Shown here: positions 45,365 to 54,420 of the stretch, piece by piece
Position numbering within the stretch: position 1 is the stretch's first letter
How the letters are laid out: every line of letters starts with the position of its first letter
Sequence record: NC_052653.1
Source of the DNA: Escherichia phage vB_vPM_PD06
Length of the DNA stretch: 64,000 nt
Reading direction: 5' to 3' (one strand)
The notes under the pieces: model-generated
What the model saw: the letters and a program-made list of their open reading frames with translations, nothing else
What the model was told of the DNA's origin: nothing
Databases searched by the model: none
Program-made: the position numbers and the translations under genes

Positions 45365-46107
45365 TGCTAGTATATCAAGAAATTAGTGTAAAAGATGATC
45401 AAGACCTGTTTATTATTGGTGATTTACATGGTTGCTTTGATTTATACCAGAAAGGTGTTAATACTTTAGGTATCCGAGATCAAGATGTTGTTGTATCTTT
45501 AGGAGATCTTACAGATCGCGGCAAGCAGAATTTTCGTTGTACCGTTGAATTCACCAGAAAACTAAATCGCTATGCTATTCGTGGAAATCACGAAGATATG
45601 ATGATTAAAGGGTTGCTAGAAGGTGATAGGCGATATTACGAATGTTGGTTTCAGAACGGAGGCCATACAGTTCTAAACGAGTGTGGAGAAGAAGGTGCAA
45701 CTGCTCTTGCTTTGATGCTAGAAGACTTACCTGTTGTACTTGTTGTCAATTATCGTAATATGAAACTAGGCTTTATTCACGGTGGATATCCTTCAGTTTT
45801 GGAACATTTACCAGTGACAGAAGTTTTGCCATTTTGTTTGAATATGGATAAAGAGCAAGTTTCTCGATTCACAGAATCTTTAATGTGGGATCGTGATATG
45901 ATAGATTGCGCACTTGAAGGGATTCTTCTTCCTAGAGTTTCAGGAGTAGATTATGTATTTCACGGGCATTCTTATGTTCCTAAACCTGTAATTAGCAGTA
46001 ATAGGGTATATATGGATACTGGGTCTGTGTTCAATGGTAATTTAACCTTTGCATATTTTGATGATTCAAATACGTTACAATTTTATTCTACTTTAGAGGA
46101 GGACTAA
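45364..46107 (+). CDS. Ser/Thr protein phosphatase-type metallophosphatase
   Basis: GDLHGCFD, GDLTDRG, RGNHE motifs. Confidence 0.7.
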   Translation: MLVYQEISVKDDQDLFIIGDLHGCFDLYQKGVNTLGIRDQDVVVSLGDLTDRGKQNFRCTVEFTRKLNRYAIRGNHEDMMIKGLLEGDRRYYECWFQNGGHTVLNECGEEGATALALMLEDLPVVLVVNYRNMKLGFIHGGYPSVLEHLPVTEVLPFCLNMDKEQVSRFTESLMWDRDMIDCALEGILLPRVSGVDYVFHGHSYVPKPVISSNRVYMDTGSVFNGNLTFAYFDDSNTLQFYSTLEED

Positions 46108-46415
46108 TGTATAAAGTCACAATTAAAGAGACGGTAGGGAATATTACGAAAGAAACTACTATTGAAACGGAAGACGTTGAGTTAGTCAAAGAGCTTTTAT
46201 TTCCAAAATCAGAAATAAAAGATAATGACGAACAGTTGGATGAAGATAACGATACAGCAAGGGATAAATGGAAGAAACAACTAGCGGAGATTTGGAAAAA
46301 GCCTCAAGTAACGCCTCCATTTGATCCTCGTACACCTTATAACCCTTGGGAAATTGGAAGCCCTTGGTATACGTATCCTATTAATCCAATTGTTACTCCC
46401 AGTATTACTTGTTAA
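46107..46415 (+). CDS. Hypothetical protein
   Basis: 102-aa ORF. Confidence 0.4.
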   Translation: MYKVTIKETVGNITKETTIETEDVELVKELLFPKSEIKDNDEQLDEDNDTARDKWKKQLAEIWKKPQVTPPFDPRTPYNPWEIGSPWYTYPINPIVTPSITC

Positions 46416-46425
46416 GGAGAAAACC

Positions 46426-47004
46426 ATGAGCGATTTATTCTACACAGGTGTTGGTAGCAGAGATATTACAGACGAAGAATGGGACACTATGGTAGCTGTT
46501 GCAAAATGGTTATCTACATGGTTCATTTTGCGATCTGGTAAAGCAGAAGGTGCAGATTCCGCATTTGAATGCGGGGTATATGATAGTGGAAATAATACAA
46601 AGAAAGAAATATACATTCCTTGGCCTTCGTTTAAAGGTAATGAGATAGAGGGAGAGGTTATTGTTCTTGACAGACCAGATAGTGTAAACTATGCTCTAAC
46701 CTTGCAATATGCAAAAGAATTGCATCCGGCTTGGGACAGATTATCTCAAGGTGCTAAAAAATTACATCAAAGGAATATCCACCAAGTTCTTGGCAAAGAT
46801 CTTGAGAATCCAAAACCGTCTTGTTTTCTTTTAGCTTGTGCAAATACAGATAAAAATGGAGATCCTTTGGGTGGTACAAGAACAGCTTGGATGTTGGCTA
46901 AAAAGTTTAATGTTCCTTGTTTTAATATTCGAGGTAAAAGTAAAAAACAAATCTTTGAATTTATTAAACCTATTTTAGAGGAGAATGGTCTTGTCCAGAA
47001 ATAA
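46426..47004 (+). CDS. DprA/Smf-like (SLOG superfamily) protein, tentative
   Basis: ATG at 46426 with AAGGAG upstream; YTGVGSRD and RSGKAEGADSAFECG resemble DprA/LOG nucleotide-binding motifs. Confidence 0.4.
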   Translation: MSDLFYTGVGSRDITDEEWDTMVAVAKWLSTWFILRSGKAEGADSAFECGVYDSGNNTKKEIYIPWPSFKGNEIEGEVIVLDRPDSVNYALTLQYAKELHPAWDRLSQGAKKLHQRNIHQVLGKDLENPKPSCFLLACANTDKNGDPLGGTRTAWMLAKKFNVPCFNIRGKSKKQIFEFIKPILEENGLVQK

Positions 47005-47509
47005 TATAAGCGTCATCAAAGATAGCTTTATTGATGTAACAAACGATATTGTACCTACAATACAATATATAGTGGAGGCACAAGGTTTAAACTTCATACG
47101 TGATAAAGTTAAGATTGTTTTTCATAACACTCCAGGTTTTGTAACAGTAGGTTCAACAAAAACGCCGTGCACTACAGATCTGATTACTTTAGACAAAAAC
47201 TTAACACAAGAAGAAGTAGAAATTCTTAACCTCTATTGGTTAGGTTTTAAAAGATACGAGGATACAGCTTTATCCCGAATGTCAACTATTTTAGCTAATA
47301 TTCTGGTTCGGAAAATTTCTAAAATATGGGATGAAGAAAACCCAGATGAAATAGTTTTACACTTTGCTAAACCGGAAGATGGGGCATACGATATAGACAC
47401 ATCTGAAATGGCTTATGGGTTTATTATTTCTGGTAATGTCTTACAGATGGAATCTTTATTGTATGTTGAGACAGTAAAACACAATAACAATTACGAGGAG
47501 GTTGTATGA
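46985..47509 (+). CDS. Hypothetical protein
   Basis: 174-aa ORF. Confidence 0.45.
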   Translation: MVLSRNNISVIKDSFIDVTNDIVPTIQYIVEAQGLNFIRDKVKIVFHNTPGFVTVGSTKTPCTTDLITLDKNLTQEEVEILNLYWLGFKRYEDTALSRMSTILANILVRKISKIWDEENPDEIVLHFAKPEDGAYDIDTSEMAYGFIISGNVLQMESLLYVETVKHNNNYEEVV

Positions 47510-47763
47510 AAGGTTTAGAGTTTAACTTTGTAGATGCGTGGGAAGGATGGGATGAACTAGGAGTAGGGGATTTATGTTTTTATGATGTTACCTTGAAGGA
47601 AGAATACAAACATCTGGCTCCTAGTGAAGATTGCGATGTGATTCTATCTATTCTATTAAGTCAGTCTATAGTGCAATTCGATTTCTTAAAAGGTAGTGAA
47701 TGTATTGAAAGTAAAGCATTCCGTTTGGAAGTTTCTCTTGGTGAAGAAATTCCTGTAGAATAA
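47506..47763 (+). CDS. Hypothetical protein
   Basis: 85-aa ORF. Confidence 0.4.
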   Translation: MKGLEFNFVDAWEGWDELGVGDLCFYDVTLKEEYKHLAPSEDCDVILSILLSQSIVQFDFLKGSECIESKAFRLEVSLGEEIPVE

Positions 47764-47767
47764 TATA

Positions 47768-47790
47768 AACCCGCTTCGGCGGGTTTTTTG
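47768..47790 (+). terminator. Rho-independent terminator
   Basis: AAACCCGC-TTCG-GCGGGTTT followed by TTTTG. Confidence 0.8.
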
Positions 47791-47846
47791 TTGACAACAC
47801 CAGTTTTTTTCGAATAAACTACACAAAAACAGAAGAGGAGATTAGC

Positions 47847-48260
47847 ATGTATTATAGTGACTATTTTGTAAACCCAACAAAAGAACAACTTCAATCAGCA
47901 GTGGATAAGATGCAGATTGTAGTTAAAGAATGTGAGAAAATAAAAAAACAACTACAAGAAGAGACTGTTGTTGTTAGTAAATGGTTTGGTCTTAGAAAGA
48001 AGGTTGTTAGTAAACACAATATCATCCTGGAAAAAGCAAAAACGACAGGAACTAGTTACGCCTTACAAGGTTGGTTGCTAAATTACATTGATATAGAACA
48101 ACATTCTCTTCTGCACTGTTGGCTTCACAGTCCTAGTATTGAGGATCTCTTGTTCTGGTTATCGTGTGAATCTGTACTTTTAAATGAAAATGAGGCTTAC
48201 CGTTTAAACTTCTGCCTCAAGGCAGAATTACCAGCTAGTGTTAAGGAGAAGAAGCAATAA
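47847..48260 (+). CDS. Hypothetical protein
   Basis: 137-aa ORF with GGAG upstream. Confidence 0.45.
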   Translation: MYYSDYFVNPTKEQLQSAVDKMQIVVKECEKIKKQLQEETVVVSKWFGLRKKVVSKHNIILEKAKTTGTSYALQGWLLNYIDIEQHSLLHCWLHSPSIEDLLFWLSCESVLLNENEAYRLNFCLKAELPASVKEKKQ

Positions 48261-49249
48261 TGAAAGTTTTAAGTCTTTTTGATGGTATGTCAGGAGGAAT
48301 GCTTGCGCTAAAAAGTGCAGGTATTGAAGTAGATACATATTATGCTTCAGAATTAGACAAATTCGCCATAGCTGAAAGCCAAGCAAATTTTCCAGATATT
48401 ATTCAGTTAGGTGATGTTACAAAATGGAGAGAATGGGATATTCCGTGGGGAGAAATTGATCTTTTGTTAGGTGGTAGTCCGTGTCAAGGCTTCTCTTCTT
48501 CTGGTAAGGGTTTGAACTTTCAAGATCCGCGATCTAAACTGTTCTTTGAATATGTTGAAATTCTTGAACATATTAAAAAGTTTAACCCTAATGTTAAGTT
48601 CATGCTTGAAAACGTTAAGATGAAGGTGGAGTGGGAAAACGTGATCACAAGTTACTTAGGTGTTGATCCCGTATTCATTAACTCCGCAGATTTCACGGCA
48701 CAGAATAGACAACGTTTATACTGGTGCAATTGGGAAATAAAACCCTGGGCTATTACCAATGAAGTATTGCAAGATATTATCGAAGATGATAGTATTGTAG
48801 ACAGAGATAAGGCGTATTGCATAGATGCAAATTATGCTAAAGGTGGTAATATAGAACAGTATTTTGAAAAGAGTCGTAGACAACTAGCTTTTTATCCGGC
48901 AGCAATATATGGGCGTAGAATTAATGAAAATGGCAAACGTAGTACATCTAAAGCTGATCGTTTGGTACATTGCTTGGAAGTTCAGGACAGTGAAAAAACT
49001 CGTTGCCTCACGACTGTGCCGAAAGACGTACTATTAGCTTACATTCCACCTGGAAGATATCTGGATGCCTTTGAAAAATTGAGTGAAGGTGTGCATTATA
49101 GAAAGTTAACGGTTAAAGAGTGTTGCCGCTTACAAGGTGTTCCAGATGATTACTTTAAAGTGAGTAGTAACACACAAGCCTATAAGATGTTAGGTAATGG
49201 TTGGACTATACCTGTCATTGCACATATTCTTAAGTGTATGGAGGAATGA
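48260..49249 (+). CDS. dcm: DNA cytosine-5 methyltransferase
   Basis: Motif I LFDGMSGG, motif IV GGSPCQGFS, motif VI ENV; 329 aa. Confidence 0.8.
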   Translation: MKVLSLFDGMSGGMLALKSAGIEVDTYYASELDKFAIAESQANFPDIIQLGDVTKWREWDIPWGEIDLLLGGSPCQGFSSSGKGLNFQDPRSKLFFEYVEILEHIKKFNPNVKFMLENVKMKVEWENVITSYLGVDPVFINSADFTAQNRQRLYWCNWEIKPWAITNEVLQDIIEDDSIVDRDKAYCIDANYAKGGNIEQYFEKSRRQLAFYPAAIYGRRINENGKRSTSKADRLVHCLEVQDSEKTRCLTTVPKDVLLAYIPPGRYLDAFEKLSEGVHYRKLTVKECCRLQGVPDDYFKVSSNTQAYKMLGNGWTIPVIAHILKCMEE

Positions 49250-49372
49250 TGGAAACATTGTGGAAAGGCTGGAAGACTGCTCTGATAGCTTTTATAATTC
49301 CATTAACTTTTCTTGGTTGGTGTTTTTGGGAATTTATCTTTTGGTTAATTTCCCATATACATTGGGGGTAAT
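49247..49372 (+). CDS. Small membrane protein
   Basis: 41-aa hydrophobic ORF with GGAGGAA upstream. Confidence 0.35.
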
Positions 49373-49984
49373 ATGACTCAAAAAGTTGCATATCAAGTAG
49401 ATCGTGAAGATGGTGAAGGTAGTGTTGTAGTTTTTGATACACATGGTCTTGCAGCAAGACGCAAAGGCGCTTGTATGCTGGACATTGGTGGTGAAGATGA
49501 ATACTGCACTGTACGTAGAGTAAAAGAATTTGATCAATACGCTGAAAAAGGTTTTGTACCTGCGAAAGCACTATTAGAAGCTGGATGGTGGATACCTAGC
49601 GCACATGATTATGATATTTTGGAATCAGATACAGACGATTTTAACAGTGAGAATTTTGTTTTTTCTCTGGATGAAAAATGCGTTTGGAAAGATTGGGATG
49701 AAATGGAACGCCATGCTTATTTTATAAACGAAGCATTAGATCGTAAAACTTGGTTTGAGAATACAGTTAAAGCAGCGTATCCTCAATTTACTTTTACAGA
49801 ATTTTGGGGTGGCCCACACCATATTACTCATGTGGCATACTTCGAGTTCCCAGGCTCACGCTATAAAGGTACTGTCTATTGGGATTGGGACGAGGACAAA
49901 GAACCTTCTGCTCAAGACTTCCGTTGCTATGTTTGTCAAGGTGATCAAGAAGCCCTTGACAAGTACCTTAAAAGTCTGGTATAA
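49373..49984 (+). CDS. Hypothetical protein
   Basis: 203-aa ORF. Confidence 0.5.
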   Translation: MTQKVAYQVDREDGEGSVVVFDTHGLAARRKGACMLDIGGEDEYCTVRRVKEFDQYAEKGFVPAKALLEAGWWIPSAHDYDILESDTDDFNSENFVFSLDEKCVWKDWDEMERHAYFINEALDRKTWFENTVKAAYPQFTFTEFWGGPHHITHVAYFEFPGSRYKGTVYWDWDEDKEPSAQDFRCYVCQGDQEALDKYLKSLV

Positions 49985-50001
49985 TCCGTAAAACTTAACC
50001 A

Positions 50002-50026
50002 AAGCCCCAAGCAGGGGCTTTATTTG
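50002..50026 (+). terminator. Rho-independent terminator
   Basis: AAGCCCC-AAGC-AGGGGCTT followed by TATTTG. Confidence 0.65.
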
Positions 50027-50038
50027 TCTGGAGGATAT

Positions 50039-50569
50039 ATGGGTTTTGATGACATGTTATTATATGAGGAGGCTTGTGTGAAAGAAGCTATGGCTTTACC
50101 AGTTTTATCTATTGATATTACAACAGTAGACACTTTTTCAGATTGTGAAACGTGTGGATCGTATTCGTCTATTGTACATGAAGTTAGTGGGGATTTAGGC
50201 ACTTACGAAGATGGAGATTATGCAAGTTGTTTAGGTGATAATCGAGATGGTGAAGTGGCGAATGTTGCAAACTGGATTGCTTCTAAGTTAAAAGAAAGAA
50301 ATCGTCCGTTCCCTAATCTTCTTACACCAGAAGCTATGCTTAAAGCTGAACAAGAGATGTATGATTATGGTCATAAAGTAGATTATGACTATAATGATCC
50401 TAAATATAAAAAATTGAGTGACAAGTATTGGGAACTAGCTAATGCTTATGATAAATACTACTCTACAGAAAACATTGTTAAATTGTTTTTAGATTTTGGA
50501 GTAGAAATTAATTGGGATTTCGAAGAGGAAGAGCGTTACGACGCATCTTCTTGGGATGATGATTACTAA
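50039..50569 (+). CDS. Hypothetical acidic protein
   Basis: ATG at 50039 with GGAGGA upstream; Asp/Glu/Tyr-rich. Confidence 0.45.
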   Translation: MGFDDMLLYEEACVKEAMALPVLSIDITTVDTFSDCETCGSYSSIVHEVSGDLGTYEDGDYASCLGDNRDGEVANVANWIASKLKERNRPFPNLLTPEAMLKAEQEMYDYGHKVDYDYNDPKYKKLSDKYWELANAYDKYYSTENIVKLFLDFGVEINWDFEEEERYDASSWDDDY

Positions 50570-50580
50570 GAGGATATTGA

Positions 50581-51393
50581 ATGCGAAGAGTAATTTTTGT
50601 TAGTGGCGCAGGTTTAAGTGCAGACAGTGGGATTCGAACGTTCCGAACAGACACAGATAGTGGTCGTGCCTTATGGGAAGAATATGACTTAGAAGAGGTC
50701 TGCGATATTGGAGCTTTCCAAGCAGGTTATCGTGTGAGAACATCTCCAGATCTTCCAGTGGTCGGTGGTGTAGACGAGAACGGTATGGACTTATATGCCA
50801 AAACACACGAATTTTATAACAAAAGACGTGTTGAGCTTAAAGATGTACAACCTAATGCTGCACATATTCAAATAGCAAAGTGGTTTAAGGAATATCCTAA
50901 CCAAGTAGTAAACTTGACAACAAACGTCGATGATCTACTAGAGCGAGCAGGTGTGGACAGGGATTCTGTTATTCACGTGCACGGGTATCTCCCTGAAGTA
51001 GTTTACCGTATGCATCCTGGAGATTACAAAACACTGGTAGACATTGGTTACAATAGTATAAACATAGATGATTATAACTGGGTGAAGCCTAATGTTGTAT
51101 TTTTTGGTGAGGCTGCACCTTTGTATGCAGATATGGCTCACTTGTTTGATACTTTGACCATGCAAGATTTGGTTGTTGTAGTAGGATGTTCAAACCAAGT
51201 TATCAATTTTAATTGGGAATTATTCCCTGCACTTACTATGGGTACAAAAATGATTGTTGTTAACCCAGGAATTAATTACGAAGAAACTCTTCTTTACGAA
51301 GATAGAGGAGTCTTTGTTTATAGAGAAAAGGCAGCAGATGCTTTTAGCAATCCTGCTTTCATAAAAATGATAGAAGATCATTTGACTAAGTAA
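50581..51393 (+). CDS. Sir2 (sirtuin) family NAD+-dependent enzyme
   Basis: VIFVSGAGLSADSGIRTFR, TTNVDDLLERAG, HVHG, VVFFGE, VVVVGCS; no CxxC zinc module seen. Confidence 0.8.
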   Translation: MRRVIFVSGAGLSADSGIRTFRTDTDSGRALWEEYDLEEVCDIGAFQAGYRVRTSPDLPVVGGVDENGMDLYAKTHEFYNKRRVELKDVQPNAAHIQIAKWFKEYPNQVVNLTTNVDDLLERAGVDRDSVIHVHGYLPEVVYRMHPGDYKTLVDIGYNSINIDDYNWVKPNVVFFGEAAPLYADMAHLFDTLTMQDLVVVVGCSNQVINFNWELFPALTMGTKMIVVNPGINYEETLLYEDRGVFVYREKAADAFSNPAFIKMIEDHLTK

Positions 51394-51400
51394 CTTGACC

Positions 51401-51423
51401 AAGGGGCGAAAGCCCCTTTTCTT
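51401..51423 (+). terminator. Rho-independent terminator
   Basis: AAGGGGC-GAAA-GCCCCTTTT. Confidence 0.7.
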
Positions 51424-51436
51424 ATAGGAGAATATT

Positions 51437-51694
51437 ATGACCACAGAACAAATCGTTAAAGACCATTTTATGATGCACTACGTTTATTACTTCAATAATA
51501 ATCAACAGAAAGGTGAGGGATTTTGTTATCTATCCGCACAACAAGGTTTTGGTATCCGTCAAGCAGATATTAACGGAGCAGTGGCTGGAATTACAAAAGG
51601 CTTGGTTGCAAACCTTAAAGATAATGTTGTTGTTGTCCCAACGTGCATCTCTTATCTCTCAACCTGCCCTGAAGAAGATTTTATGCATTCCTAA
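51437..51694 (+). CDS. Hypothetical protein
   Basis: 85-aa ORF, last gene of plus-strand block. Confidence 0.4.
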   Translation: MTTEQIVKDHFMMHYVYYFNNNQQKGEGFCYLSAQQGFGIRQADINGAVAGITKGLVANLKDNVVVVPTCISYLSTCPEEDFMHS

Positions 51695-51760
51695 AACCTC
51701 CTGTAACGCATTCTAACGCACTTTTTATTTTAGTAATACGTTTCCCTATCTAATGCAAAC

Positions 51761-51797
51761 AAAAGCCCCTAGAAGTGATTCTAGGGGCTTTATTTTA
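51761..51797. terminator. Bidirectional rho-independent terminator between convergent blocks
   Basis: AGCCCCTAG-AAGTGATT-CTAGGGGCT flanked by A-run upstream and T-run downstream. Confidence 0.7.
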
Positions 51798-51869
51798 GTC
51801 TTCTGTAAAATATCCTATGACAACAATGATAAAGATGATTAACACTACGATACTCTCTAGTAAAGTCAT

Positions 51870-52091
51870 CTATAGATCTCGTTCATATAGTTCAATTATC
51901 AATTCATCCTCTGCTGTTATCGTACCAATTTGCCAAGTGTGAAGATAAACCTCTGTATAAGAGTGTATCTTACTATCTAACAAACACAGCCACGTATTGT
52001 TGCTTACCTTTTCTTGAATATGAACCTTAACCACGAAAGGGTGAGGGTTATCTACTAAGAAACCAATACTACCTTCTACAACTACAGACAT
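51870..52091 (-). CDS. Hypothetical protein
   Basis: 73-aa ORF, last gene of minus-strand early array. Confidence 0.4.
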   Translation of the reverse strand: MSVVVEGSIGFLVDNPHPFVVKVHIQEKVSNNTWLCLLDSKIHSYTEVYLHTWQIGTITAEDELIIELYERDL

Positions 52092-52144
52092 AATACCTCC
52101 TATTGTTTATGGTAAAAGTGTTTATAACAGATAAAGAGCGTATA

Positions 52145-52171
52145 TACAAGAAAACCCGCCGAAGCGGGTTT
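52145..52171 (-). terminator. Rho-independent terminator
   Basis: AAACCCGC-CGAA-GCGGGTTT hairpin with T-run following in minus sense. Confidence 0.65.
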
Positions 52172-52176
52172 ATGTG

Positions 52177-52500
52177 TTACACAATGTGTTTTGTTTTAAC
52201 GTGCGAAGATTTAAAAATCTTATTATGTGATGAAATACAACTATCACGGAACACATAATAGTTAACAACATCGGGCTTATCAACACAGAGTGTAACCACA
52301 ACTTTCATAGGTATAGATACATTCTCACGAAGAGTAACACTACCTTTCAAACGTTCAGATGAAATGTGAATCAAACCTTCTTTTTCATCAATGATAACTT
52401 CTTTAACATTTTTGAAATTATAACAAGAGTTATCAACATAAGATACCCTTGCTTTTGTTTGCTTCTGTTTAGGACGAGAACCAGTATTTATTTTTTGCAT
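52177..52500 (-). CDS. Hypothetical protein
   Basis: 107-aa ORF. Confidence 0.45.
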   Translation of the reverse strand: MQKINTGSRPKQKQTKARVSYVDNSCYNFKNVKEVIIDEKEGLIHISSERLKGSVTLRENVSIPMKVVVTLCVDKPDVVNYYVFRDSCISSHNKIFKSSHVKTKHIV

Positions 52501-52508
52501 AGTTTTCC

Positions 52509-52796
52509 TTATTTGCTTTCACGAGCAAAATAATAATTTTCATATTCATTACGTGTAACGATTTCTGGATGATCAGGTTCACCGTAACTAAGTTTAACTT
52601 CAGGATACACTTTGGTGTTGAACAGACACGTAACACCTCTCATATAATATCCTGTAGGACTTAAAACAACATCGTCTTCACTTACACTTGAGAATTTTAT
52701 TTCACCATTAGTATCTTTGACGACAATAAGAGCATGTTCAGGCCAATCAAGATTCTCTTCTTTTAGTTTTTCATAAACTTCTTGTACTAGTTCCAT
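52509..52796 (-). CDS. Hypothetical protein
   Basis: 95-aa ORF. Confidence 0.45.
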   Translation of the reverse strand: MELVQEVYEKLKEENLDWPEHALIVVKDTNGEIKFSSVSEDDVVLSPTGYYMRGVTCLFNTKVYPEVKLSYGEPDHPEIVTRNEYENYYFARESK

Positions 52797-52805
52797 ATTG
52801 CCTCC

Positions 52806-52979
52806 TCAGATTACAAATTTTTCTTCTTCTGGTTTCTCGTAGTTGGGAGAATAAACGTGGGATGGATTAAAACCTTTAAAGCTACCTCGCCCTTTTCGTG
52901 GACAATTGAACGTCTTAGCTTGGTGATCACCAAAAGATTTACCACAATGTACACATTTATAATTGGTATCTTTGAACAT
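52806..52979 (-). CDS. Small zinc-ribbon protein
   Basis: 57-aa ORF MFKDTNYKCVHCGKSF...FNCPRKGRG with GGAGAG upstream; chosen over the track ORF 52811-53008, which lies in another frame. Confidence 0.4.
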   Translation of the reverse strand: MFKDTNYKCVHCGKSFGDHQAKTFNCPRKGRGSFKGFNPSHVYSPNYEKPEEEKFVI

Positions 52980-53135
52980 TTTACTCTCCTTTGAAAGATA
53001 GGCTGCACAATAGTACAGCCTTTTAGAAAATTAGTGTTTAAATTTTTCGATTACTTCGTCAACTTTAGCGATGATAACATCCTGATACTTGTGACCAAAA
53101 TAACCAACAACAACACCAACAATAAACGTCATCAT

Positions 53136-53735
53136 TTACTTCTCCTTTTTAACTATAATGGCTTCTTCATTCAGAGTAAACAGCAAGGAAGATGTATCAC
53201 CAACACACCTTGCACCTGGAATGAGTTCTAAAATTTTAGAGGATATAGCAATAGTATCTTCATCCAGTACGTATTCCCCAGGTAACAATCTTAATGTTAT
53301 TGGAAAATCTACAGATGCCAAACCAGAGAACATCCCATCATTCAGAAGAATAACTTCTAAACTGCTATCTTCTTGTTGTGCATTATGCACTTTTTCAGGT
53401 AAGAAGTCAATACATTGATTTAAAATTTCTACATCTAATTCTACACCAGTCCTAGCCTTATAAACTCTAGCCAAATCTATGATCCGAGAATCAATGCTGG
53501 CGTAAGGAGATTCCAAGTGTTTTGGGTCAATAGGAGCAACGCGCAATTTACTATCGAGAGATATCCACGTTACAATCCACATTTCACCAACCCCAGGTTG
53601 ATCTCGCGCAGTAAGGAATTCTACTAATGCTCCAGGATTAGGCATTATGTAATCTTGTGTGATCAACATGTTCTTTACTCGCAAAAGCATTCCTGGCTTT
53701 AGCAAGCCCTTCTCACCACTCCAATATTCTTTCAT
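53136..53735 (-). CDS. Hypothetical protein
   Basis: 199-aa ORF. Confidence 0.5.
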   Translation of the reverse strand: MKEYWSGEKGLLKPGMLLRVKNMLITQDYIMPNPGALVEFLTARDQPGVGEMWIVTWISLDSKLRVAPIDPKHLESPYASIDSRIIDLARVYKARTGVELDVEILNQCIDFLPEKVHNAQQEDSSLEVILLNDGMFSGLASVDFPITLRLLPGEYVLDEDTIAISSKILELIPGARCVGDTSSLLFTLNEEAIIVKKEK

Positions 53736-53749
53736 TTTTACTCCTGATT

Positions 53750-54022
53750 TTAATGTCGTAGTTCACTAAACTTACAAACAAAGTGAACGTTAAGAAAAGT
53801 TAGTTTTCGATCTGGTGTAAACTCTGTTACTGTTTTATACACCTGGGCAATACCGAACCTGTTGACAGCAGGTACTGACAATTGGCTTATACATTTCATA
53901 GCTGATAGTTTTGCCTCTTCTTCAGATGCAAAATAAGTAAACATACCTTCTTCGTCAACTATAATTTCTTGTGTAACACAATCTACAAAACAAAAGAAAA
54001 CATTAGGTAAGTTTTCCGACAT
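53750..54022 (-). CDS. Hypothetical protein
   Basis: 90-aa ORF. Confidence 0.45.
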   Translation of the reverse strand: MSENLPNVFFCFVDCVTQEIIVDEEGMFTYFASEEEAKLSAMKCISQLSVPAVNRFGIAQVYKTVTEFTPDRKLTFLNVHFVCKFSELRH

Positions 54023-54023
54023 A

Positions 54024-54236
54024 TTAGTTGTTCCTGTACTTAGAGAACAAAGTATTGATTAACCAATCAGCAAACAATAGTCCAAGTGTACCAATACCGT
54101 AACCGATAAGCATAATGTAAGGCACTGCCTTATTTTCATTACCTGTCATCACTTCAGGAAAAATCAAAAATACAATACCGTTACCAACGATAATCCAGAA
54201 CATAAGAAACACAAAAACACGAAGCAACATTCCCAT
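54024..54236 (-). CDS. Small membrane protein
   Basis: 70 aa with two hydrophobic segments. Confidence 0.45.
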   Translation of the reverse strand: MGMLLRVFVFLMFWIIVGNGIVFLIFPEVMTGNENKAVPYIMLIGYGIGTLGLLFADWLINTLFSKYRNN

Positions 54237-54237
54237 A

Positions 54238-54420
54238 TTATTCTTCCTCCTTCACTTCTTCAACTTTACGAAGCATACGTTTATCAAATGTAGCTTTCTG
54301 TAGTTGCTCATTAACATCAAACCACACCACTTCGCAAGTATCGTAAGTAGATACCATTACAGTCATTAACATTTCTTCGCTGGCAAGACGTACAATATCA
54401 CCTGTTTTAATATTTACCAT
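54238..54420 (-). CDS. Hypothetical protein
   Basis: 60-aa ORF. Confidence 0.4.
   Translation of the reverse strand: MVNIKTGDIVRLASEEMLMTVMVSTYDTCEVVWFDVNEQLQKATFDKRMLRKVEEVKEEE

Noticed and set aside
52811-53008. Track ORF 52811-53008 (-)
   Set aside because: Low-complexity translation lacking an RBS; the overlapping frame 52806-52979 encodes a zinc-ribbon protein with an RBS and was preferred.
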